From contig CAVQYR010000002.1 of assembly GCA_963718235.1 (NCBI GenBank), forward strand, positions 256,001-320,000: DNA of 64,000 nucleotides. Reading direction: 5' to 3'. Source of the stretch: an uncultured Actinomycetota bacterium (GTDB taxonomy: Bacteria > Actinomycetota > Actinomycetes > JAHEKZ01). Within the stretch, counting starts at the first letter, position 1; each line of letters opens with the position of its first letter. The notes below the pieces were generated by a model. The model did no database searches. It had not been told where the DNA came from and saw only the letters and a list, made by a program, of their open reading frames with translations. Of the stretch, positions 22,026 through 29,784 are shown one piece after another. The position numbers and the translations under genes are program-made.

Positions 22026-22908
22026 CGACGAAGAGCTGCAAGACCGCTTGAGTGGCCTCGATCCCACCGTCGGCGACGGACCACCGAGTACGGGATCAGC
22101 GCGCTACGCTTCGATTCTGGAGCAAGCCATGAGCAGCGACACGCACGTATCACCGGTGGCCGCAACATCCGATCGTGAGTCAAGTGACCGACGCGCTTGG
22201 CGTCGTCGAGGGTCCTGGCGCTACGTGGCGGCGGCCGCGGCTGTGGCGGCCGGCATCTTCGCGTTCACGACATTCACCCCGGGCCAGGCACCGAGTGCGG
22301 AGGCCGCTGTTGCGGCCGCGGCAGCCAACACCGGCGAGGCCACCAGCCTGCGCGTGGACTACGAACGCCCCAACGGCATCGACGCCGGTTCTTTCCAGGG
22401 CGAGTTCAGCGATGGCAACGCTCATCTGATCGGTGTGTACGCCGACGGGGACGTGCAGTCCAGGGAGTTCGAGTCGACCATCATCGGCAACACCAGGTAT
22501 GACGAGCTGGACGACAACGGCAAGATCCTCACGTCCACCATGAGAGCCGAGGGTCTCGAGGCCTTCGCCCCGTTCGCCGAGTCTGCGCAGAGTGTCATCA
22601 CGGCGGTGCTCGCTAGCGGCGGAACCACCGCGGTGGGCACAGAGAAGGTCCGGGACATGGAGGCGACCCGCTACACGACGCGACTCGACGATGAGGGGCG
22701 GGCGAGCCTCAAGGACCTTCCTGTTGGACAGTTGCAGTGGTTCGGACTCGACCTCACCGACTCGGTCACCCGCGTCGATGTGTGGGTAGCTGGCGGGCTC
22801 ATCCGCAAGATGGTGGTGCAGTACGACACGCCTGGGGGTGGCGACACTGCGACAACCGAGTTCTACGACTTCGGTGCGGACATCACCATCAGCGCTCCGG
22901 GCAGGTAG
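22015..22908 (+). CDS. Putative membrane-anchored anti-sigma factor with LolA/LppX-like extracellular domain
   Basis: Overlaps the sigma gene; short cytoplasmic N-terminus, basic patch plus one TM helix, DVWV..GLIRK...TEFYDFG....I.AP ending. Confidence 0.65.
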   Translation: MSTSDEELQDRLSGLDPTVGDGPPSTGSARYASILEQAMSSDTHVSPVAATSDRESSDRRAWRRRGSWRYVAAAAAVAAGIFAFTTFTPGQAPSAEAAVAAAAANTGEATSLRVDYERPNGIDAGSFQGEFSDGNAHLIGVYADGDVQSREFESTIIGNTRYDELDDNGKILTSTMRAEGLEAFAPFAESAQSVITAVLASGGTTAVGTEKVRDMEATRYTTRLDDEGRASLKDLPVGQLQWFGLDLTDSVTRVDVWVAGGLIRKMVVQYDTPGGGDTATTEFYDFGADITISAPGR

Positions 22909-22938
22909 TCGAGTCGGGGTTGTGGACGGCGGCAGGTG

Positions 22939-22960
22939 TGTCGGTCGGGACGACTAGAAT
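22939..22960 (+). promoter_or_regulatory. PafBC-type (RecA-independent) DNA-damage promoter
   Basis: TGTCGG-N10-TAGAAT matches TGTCGG-N10-TA-N3-T exactly. Confidence 0.75.
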
Positions 22961-22975
22961 CGAACGTATGTTCGA
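22960..22975. promoter_or_regulatory. LexA SOS box
   Basis: Perfect TCGAAC-GTAT-GTTCGA overlapping the -10 end and the ATG at 22968. Confidence 0.88.
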
Positions 22976-24447
22976 ACACCCGGTTGACCTCCCCACCGAC
23001 GTCGGTGGTGTCGCGCCCGCGGACCCGCTGGCTGACTGGGGCTGCGCCGGGATCGAGCGGGTCGAGTCGGCGCAGTCGGCTGGGTCGGCCGGGTCGGGGT
23101 GGGCCGCTGAGTCTGGAGAGTGGTTGGCGGGGTGGGAGTCGCAGGTGGTCGGGGTCGATGACGACGCGTTGGCTGCTCACGCGTTGACCGTGTCTGCGGG
23201 GGCGGGTCTGGCCGCGGTGTTGGGCCGGATCGATGTGTCGGGGTTGTCCGGGTCGGGCCGGTTGGACTTCTTGCAGGCCTGTGAGCGGATGGCGGCCTGG
23301 ACCGCGGCGTTGGCGTTGTCCCCGCTGGTCGACCACGTCGGCCGCGAAGACGTGGTGCGGGCGCTGGGTGATGATGGCGCGCACTACCGCCAACGCGGTG
23401 AGGTGGCCGAGCTGGCGGTGCTGCTGGGCCAGTCGGAGAACCTCGTGCGTGACCGGATCTGGGTGGCCGCTGAGCTGACCGGGCGGTTGGCCGCCACCGG
23501 TGATGCCCTGGCCGATGGGTGCTTGTCCTACTGGCATGCCCGGGTGTTGGTCGAGGCGGTGGCCGGGTTGGACGACGACCAGGCTGCGGCGGTGCAGGCG
23601 CGGGTGTTGGCCAAGGCCCCGGGTCGCACCCTGACCGGGTTCCGCCGGGTCTGCCGGGCCGCGGTCGTGCGGGTCGACGCCGACGCGGTGGTCCGCCGCC
23701 ACCACCAGGCCGCCACCCAACGCGGCGTGCGGTGGTGGCCCACCGACGACGGGATGGCCCGACTGTGCGTGGACGCCCCCGCCCCCGACGTGCAAGCCAT
23801 CCACGCCGCGCTACGGATCCTGGCTGGAGCCCACCAGAGCGACGACCCCCGCACCCTGGGTGCCCGGATGTCCGACGCGCTGCTGGGCTTGTGCCTGACC
23901 GCGGTGAACCCCGACGAAACCGACCACGTGCGCACCGCGCGGCCGCCGACGTCGCCGCCGGTGCAGGCGCAGATCGTGGTCGACCTGCCCACCCTGTTCG
24001 GCACTAGCGCAGCACCCGGGGGTGCTGCGCGGCTACGGGCCGATCCCCGCCGGGCTGGCCCGCGAGTGGCTGACGCAGGCCACCACCTGGGCTCGGCTGG
24101 TCACCGACCCGGTCACCGGGCACCTGCTCGACTACGGACCCACCGTGCGGTTCGCCCCCCACCCGCTGCGCCGGTTCATCACCACCCGCGACCAGACCTG
24201 CCGCTTCCCCCACTGCCGGGCACCTGCCCAGCACGCCGAGATCGACCACCACCCCCCATGGCGCCACGACGGCACCGGCGGACACACCAGCGCGCGTGAC
24301 ACCCACGCCCTGTGTGCCCACCACCACCACCTGAAGACCCACGGCGGATGGACCATCCACCACCGCGACCACGCCCACACCGTGTGGGCCAGCCCCAACG
24401 GCCGACTCATCACCACCCAGACCCCACCCGCCCTGAGCCCCGACTGA
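22968..24447 (+). pseudogene. DUF222-HNH endonuclease (REP13E12-like), frameshifted near 24003
   Basis: DUF222-like region in one frame; LRGYGPIPA, DPVTGHLLDYG, RDQTCRFPHC..IDH..LC.HHH.LKT in another; removing one base near 24003 restores LFG-LAQHPGVLRGYGP. Confidence 0.8.
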
Positions 24448-24520
24448 ATCGGGCCCGGGGTTCACTCGTCGGTCTCGTCCCCACGGCCGTAGCGCGGTAG
24501 TGCGCCGCTAGGGTCGGTCC

Positions 24521-25666
24521 GTGGCTGATCACGGATTCGAGACGTTGGCGCTGCACGCTGGTCAGGAACCCGACCCGCTGACCGGGTCGGTGGTCCCGCC
24601 GATCTACCAGGTGTCCACGTACGCCCAGGACGGCGTCGGCGGGCTTCGCGGCGGGTACGAGTACAGCCGGTCGGGCAACCCGACTCGGCACGCGCTGGAG
24701 GTGTGTCTCGCCGCGCTGGAGGGCGGAACCCATGGGTTCGCCTTCGCCAGCGGCCTCGCGGCCGAGGACACCGTGCTGCGCGCCGTGTGCGCGCCGGGCG
24801 ACCATGTCGTGATCCCCGACGACGCCTATGGCGGCACCTATCGGCTCTTCGCCGCAGTGATGGCGCGCTGGGGCGTGGAGTGGAGCTCGGCCCGCCTCTC
24901 CGACGTCGAGTCGGTGCGGGCGGCGATGCGTCCCAACACCAAGGTCGTCTGGGCCGAGACGCCGACCAACCCCCTGCTGAGCATCGCCGACATCGCGGCC
25001 CTGGCCGACGTCGCTCACGCAGGCGGCGCGCTGCTCGTCGTCGACAACACGTTCGCATCGCCCTACCTGCAGCAGCCGCTGCGGCTCGGTGCCGACGCGG
25101 TCGTGCACTCGACGACCAAGTACATCGGTGGGCACAGCGACGTCATCGGTGGCGCCGTCGTCGTCGGTGAGCCGGCGCTGGCCGAGCAGGTCGGCTACCA
25201 CCAGAACGCGATGGGTGCCGTCGCCGGACCGTTCGACTCCTGGGTGACGTTGCGGGGGATCAAGACCCTGGCTGTTCGGATGGATCGCCACTCCAGCAAC
25301 GCTGCGGCCGTGGTCGACCTGCTCGAGCGCCACCCGCGGGTGACCCAGGTGTTCTACCCGGGTCTGGTCGACCACCCCAACCACGACGTCGCGGCGCGGC
25401 AGATGAGCCAGTTCGGGGGAATGGTGTCCTTCCGGGTCGCCGGCGGTGAGGACGCCGCCCTCGGCGTGGTGAACGCGGCCCGGCTGTTCACCCTGGCCGA
25501 GTCGCTGGGTGGCGTCGAGTCACTGATCGAGCACCCGGGTCGGATGACTCATGCGTCGGCGGCCGGGAGCCCCCTCGAGGTGCCAGCCGACCTGGTCCGG
25601 CTCAGCGTCGGGATCGAGACCGTCGACGACCTCCTGGCCGACCTCGAGCAAGCCCTGGGTCACTGA
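24521..25666 (+). CDS. metB: Cystathionine gamma-synthase/lyase
   Basis: YEYSRSGNPT, ETPTNP, VDNTF, HSTTKYIGGHSD, AESLGGVESL. Confidence 0.95.
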   Translation: MADHGFETLALHAGQEPDPLTGSVVPPIYQVSTYAQDGVGGLRGGYEYSRSGNPTRHALEVCLAALEGGTHGFAFASGLAAEDTVLRAVCAPGDHVVIPDDAYGGTYRLFAAVMARWGVEWSSARLSDVESVRAAMRPNTKVVWAETPTNPLLSIADIAALADVAHAGGALLVVDNTFASPYLQQPLRLGADAVVHSTTKYIGGHSDVIGGAVVVGEPALAEQVGYHQNAMGAVAGPFDSWVTLRGIKTLAVRMDRHSSNAAAVVDLLERHPRVTQVFYPGLVDHPNHDVAARQMSQFGGMVSFRVAGGEDAALGVVNAARLFTLAESLGGVESLIEHPGRMTHASAAGSPLEVPADLVRLSVGIETVDDLLADLEQALGH

Positions 25667-25699
25667 CGAGGGCCGGTGGAGCGGACGGCGAGCAGCGGC

Positions 25700-27103
25700 A
25701 TGTCTGAGGTCGTGGTGTGCGTGGATTTCGGGTCCACCTTCACCAAGGCCGTAGCCGTCGACGTCGAGGACGGAAGGCTCCTGGCCGGTGCGTCGCACCG
25801 CACGACCATCGACACCGACGTCGCCGACGGTCTCGACGCGGTGCTGGAGCGGCTTCGGACGACGCTTCCCGACAGTGACCTGTCCAACCTACGGGCCTGC
25901 TCGTCGGCCGGGGGAGGGCTGCGACTCGCCGTCGTCGGCTACGAGCGGGCGGTCACGGCCGAGGCCGGCTACCGCGTGGGTCTGTCGGCGGGCTCTCGGG
26001 TCGTCCACGTCAGCAGCGGCGCCCTCTCGTCCCCCGACCTCGTCGCGCTGGCCGAGGCACGCCCCGACGTGGTCCTGCTGGTGGGCGGCACCGACGGCGG
26101 CAACGCCGAGGTGCTCGTCGGGAACGCCCGCATGCTTGCCAAGGCGGGTCCGGCAGTCCCGGTGGTCGCTGCAGGGAACGCCGACGCACATGATCAGGTC
26201 GTACGCATCCTGCGCAACGGCGGAGTCCAGGTGTCGTCGACGGCGAACGTCCTGCCGCGGATCGGCGTTCTTGCACCGACGCCTGCGCGGGAGGCCATCC
26301 GCGAGGTCTTCATCCGGCACGTGATCGGTGGAAAGCATCTCTCGCAGCGCACCGACCTGTCCACGTTCGTGCGCGCTGCGACCCCGGACGCGGTTCTCGC
26401 CGGTGTCGAGCTGCTGGCCGACGGTTGGGTCGACGACGGCTCGTCCACCCCAGGCGTGGGCGACGTCGTCCTGGTCGACGTCGGGGGAGCCACCACCGAC
26501 GTCTACTCGGTGGTCACGCCGGACGAGGAGTCCGAGGTGCACCGGGAGGTCGTCGAGACCCTGTGGCGCAGCCGCACCGTCGAGGGCGACCTCGGAGTGC
26601 GCTGGAACGCCGTCGGCATCGTCGATGCCGCCGTGAAGGAGCGACTGGTCGACGACGACGAGGCCGCTCTCCTGCGACCGGCTGCCGAGCGCCGAGCGGC
26701 GGAGCCCGGTCTGCTCCCCACTGACGAGCAGGAGGCGGCGGTCGACGTCCGACTCGCCACCTTGGCCGTGACCGCCGCGCTGCGCCGCCATGCCAGACCA
26801 AGCGACGAGGGCGGCGTGCGTCAGCCGGGCAAGGACCTGCGGCGCGTGCGGCTCGTGGTTGGCTCCGGCGGGGTCTTTCGGCACGGGTCACCGGATGCGG
26901 TGCAGACCATGCTGACGCCCGCGGTCACCGACCTGGCCGGCGGATGGCGTCTTCCGGAGCACCCGTCGACGGCGATCGACCTGCACTACGTGATGGCGGC
27001 GGCCGGGCTGCTGGTCGGCGACTACCCCCGCACCGCAGCGCGCCTGCTCAGCACGGCGCTTCTCGGGAAACCTGGCAGCCGGGAGTCGACGCCTCTAGGG
27101 TGA
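25700..27103 (+). CDS. Glutamate mutase L (GlmL/MutL)-like ASKHA ATPase
   Basis: DFGSTFTK, ACSSAGGGLR, GGTDGGN, DVGGATTDVYS, RTVEGDLGVR, GSGGVF. Confidence 0.85.
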   Translation: MSEVVVCVDFGSTFTKAVAVDVEDGRLLAGASHRTTIDTDVADGLDAVLERLRTTLPDSDLSNLRACSSAGGGLRLAVVGYERAVTAEAGYRVGLSAGSRVVHVSSGALSSPDLVALAEARPDVVLLVGGTDGGNAEVLVGNARMLAKAGPAVPVVAAGNADAHDQVVRILRNGGVQVSSTANVLPRIGVLAPTPAREAIREVFIRHVIGGKHLSQRTDLSTFVRAATPDAVLAGVELLADGWVDDGSSTPGVGDVVLVDVGGATTDVYSVVTPDEESEVHREVVETLWRSRTVEGDLGVRWNAVGIVDAAVKERLVDDDEAALLRPAAERRAAEPGLLPTDEQEAAVDVRLATLAVTAALRRHARPSDEGGVRQPGKDLRRVRLVVGSGGVFRHGSPDAVQTMLTPAVTDLAGGWRLPEHPSTAIDLHYVMAAAGLLVGDYPRTAARLLSTALLGKPGSRESTPLG

Positions 27104-28482
27104 CCGACATGGCGGTGGTCCAGCGCACGCCGAGCAGCCCGAGCTCCGCGACAGCCCTGGCGGCAGCCGTGCGGGACGGTGCGTACGACCCGGTCCGAGC
27201 GGTGGCCGCCAGCCTGGACCGGATCCGCCGCGGTGACCCCTTCGTGGGCGCCTTCGTGGCGCTTCGGGCCGAGGAGGCGATGGCCGAGGCCGCGCAGCTG
27301 GCCCGAAGGGACGACCTGGCCGACCTCCCGATGGCCGGTGTCCCCGTCGCAGTCAAGGACAACGTGGCCGTCGCCGGGCAGGTGATGGGTGAAGGCGCGC
27401 AGCCACGCGTGGGCCAGACACAGGACGTCGACCACCCGGTCGTCGCCCGGCTGCGTGCGGCCGGAGCCGTCGTGGTCGGGATAACCCGACTCCCGGAGTT
27501 CGGCCTGTGGGCCACCACCGACGACCCGGACGTCGTGACGCGGTGCCCGACCGCTCCTGAGTGGTCGGCCAGCGGATCGTCCGGCGGGAGTGCCGCTGCG
27601 GTTGCGGCCGGTTTCGTCCCCGTCGCGCACGGCAACGACGGGCTCGGCTCGATCCGCAACCCGGCCTCGGCCTGCGGCGTCGTCGGCCTCAAGCCGGGAC
27701 GGGGTGTGGTTCCTCGCGCGCTCGGAGCGCAGAGCTGGTTCGGCATGGCCGACAACGGCGCGCTGGGCGCCACCGTCGCCGACGTCGCGCTGATCCTGTC
27801 GGTCATGGCCGACGACCCCTCGCTGAGCGCGGTGGCCGAGCCCTCGGCTCCTTTGCGGGTGGCGGCATCGGTCAAGCCTCCTCTTCAGGGCAGCCGCACC
27901 GACGCTGACATCTCGCGTTCGGTCTTCGCCCTCGCTGCGCTCCTTCGAGACCAGGGCCACACGGTGGAGCGCGGCCAACCGACCTACCCCTCCCAGCTGG
28001 GGCTGTTCGGCACCATGCGGTGGGCCGCGGCCGCCGCCGAGGGAGTTGACTCCGCGGCCGACCCGGAGTCGCTGCAGCCTCGTACGCTCGGCATGGCCGG
28101 CCTCGGACGTCGGCTGCGCCCACTCATCAAGGACGAACAGCTCGACAAGGTGCGCGCGAGGTGCGAGCAGTTCTTCGAGCAGCACGACCTGCTCGTCACC
28201 CCGGTGTTCGCCAAGCCGGCGCTGCCGGCCGAGCGGTGGAGCACGCGCTCGTGGACGGTCAACGTGCGCAGCAACCTGGCCTACAGCGCGGGGTTCGCCG
28301 GCGTCTGGAACCTGGCCGGGTTCCCAGCCCTGTCGGTGCCGTTCGGCACGCACCCGGAGACCGGCACGCCCATCGGGGTGCAGCTGGTCGCCGGGCCCGG
28401 CGGCGAGTCCCTGCTGCTGGGCGTGGCGGCGTTGGTCGAACGACTAAGGCCGTGGGCCCTGCCCGGGCTGCGGCTCGACTGA
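27100..28482 (+). CDS. Amidase signature family protein
   Basis: GVPVAVKDN, GSSGGSAAAVAAG, GNDGLGSIRNPA; GTGA overlap with the GlmL-like gene. Confidence 0.92.
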   Translation: MTDMAVVQRTPSSPSSATALAAAVRDGAYDPVRAVAASLDRIRRGDPFVGAFVALRAEEAMAEAAQLARRDDLADLPMAGVPVAVKDNVAVAGQVMGEGAQPRVGQTQDVDHPVVARLRAAGAVVVGITRLPEFGLWATTDDPDVVTRCPTAPEWSASGSSGGSAAAVAAGFVPVAHGNDGLGSIRNPASACGVVGLKPGRGVVPRALGAQSWFGMADNGALGATVADVALILSVMADDPSLSAVAEPSAPLRVAASVKPPLQGSRTDADISRSVFALAALLRDQGHTVERGQPTYPSQLGLFGTMRWAAAAAEGVDSAADPESLQPRTLGMAGLGRRLRPLIKDEQLDKVRARCEQFFEQHDLLVTPVFAKPALPAERWSTRSWTVNVRSNLAYSAGFAGVWNLAGFPALSVPFGTHPETGTPIGVQLVAGPGGESLLLGVAALVERLRPWALPGLRLD

Positions 28483-29748
28483 GCCCTCGCTGGCTGCAGC
28501 GTCGGCCGCGCGAGACGACCCGTCCGCCCGGCCCAGCGTCTCCGGCATCGTCGCGGCAAGCACGACACCGATGCCGGCAACGCCTGCGGATGCGGCGAAC
28601 GCCACGGAGTACGAGGACAGGTCCGAGAGCCAGCCGGCCATCAAGGGGCCGACCACGGCTCCGAGGTCCGACGCCATCTGGAACACCGAGATGGCCGTGC
28701 CCCCCCGCCCGTGGATCACGTCGCCCACCACGGCCGTGCTGGCTGTGCCCAGGAAGGCGGAGCCGACTCCGAACGTGGCCATGGCCAGCAGGTAGGCCCA
28801 CGGCTGCTCGATGGCGGCGAGCAGGACGAAACTGACCATCACCATCACAGCTCCGAGGGTGAGCGCGCCCCGTCGTCCGCGGAGGTCGGCGAGCCGCCCC
28901 GCCGGGATCAGCATCAGGCCCTGGGTCAGCGTCGACACCAGCAGCCCGACGCCGACCCAGCCAGGCCCCAGGCCGAGGCCCTCGACGACGAACAGCGGCA
29001 GCAGCGACATCCGAAGACCGAACAGCCCCCAACCGGTCGCGAAGCTGTTGGCGACCGCCGCGAGGTAGGCGCGTGACCGCAGTGCGGTCAGCACCGACGT
29101 CGGAGGCTCCAGGGTGCCGACCCTCTGCTCACGCTCGTGCAGCCGTGAGCCGGACAGGAAGACCAGTCCGATCGCGCCGGCGACCAGCAGGGTCGCGGCG
29201 TAGACGAAGAACGGCAGCCGGTAGGAGATGCTGGTGAGCAGCCCCCCGAACAGTGGCCCGGTGATGCCGCCGATGAGGAAACCGCTCTGGAAGGCTCCGC
29301 TGGCCCGCGCTCGTTGCTGGGGCTCCACCACGCGCAGCAGCAGGGCGGCCGCCGACACGGTGAACATCGCCGAACCGATCCCACCGGCACCGCGCAGGAT
29401 GAGCAGCTGCCAGAACGAGCCGGCCAGACCGGCCAGAGCGCTGCTGGTCGCGACGATCCCCATGCCGGTCGCCAGCACGATGCGCTCACCGGACCGGTTG
29501 ACGAGCCACCCGGCGAAGGGGGACGAGACGAAGCGCATCGCCGCGAACACCGCGATGACCGCTCCGGCCAGGAAGTCCGAGGCGCCGAACGTCTTCGCAT
29601 ACAGCGCGATGGCCGGCGCCACGATGCCGAACCCGAGCGCGACCGCGAAGGCGATCGAGGTGAGGACCCACACCTCGCGCGGCTGGCCGCCGAGGACGCG
29701 GTCCAGCGCGTTCGTCGGGCGGGGGCTGGACGGGGGCACGACGGGCAT
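28444..29748 (-). CDS. MFS transporter
   Basis: About 12 TM helices; GWLVNRSGER and GRLADLRGRR motif A loops. Confidence 0.9.
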   Translation of the reverse strand: MPVVPPSSPRPTNALDRVLGGQPREVWVLTSIAFAVALGFGIVAPAIALYAKTFGASDFLAGAVIAVFAAMRFVSSPFAGWLVNRSGERIVLATGMGIVATSSALAGLAGSFWQLLILRGAGGIGSAMFTVSAAALLLRVVEPQQRARASGAFQSGFLIGGITGPLFGGLLTSISYRLPFFVYAATLLVAGAIGLVFLSGSRLHEREQRVGTLEPPTSVLTALRSRAYLAAVANSFATGWGLFGLRMSLLPLFVVEGLGLGPGWVGVGLLVSTLTQGLMLIPAGRLADLRGRRGALTLGAVMVMVSFVLLAAIEQPWAYLLAMATFGVGSAFLGTASTAVVGDVIHGRGGTAISVFQMASDLGAVVGPLMAGWLSDLSSYSVAFAASAGVAGIGVVLAATMPETLGRADGSSRAADAAASEGSVEPQPGQGPRP

Positions 29749-29784
29749 CCTCTCACTGGGTTGACCGCCGGGGGTCGCACCCGG

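Noticed and set aside
28444-28482. Convergent 3' overlaps (amidase/MFS; also phoH2/fumC, DUF4245/xseB, hypothetical/SGNH)
   Set aside because: Short tail overlaps are common in GC-rich genomes because stop codons are rare
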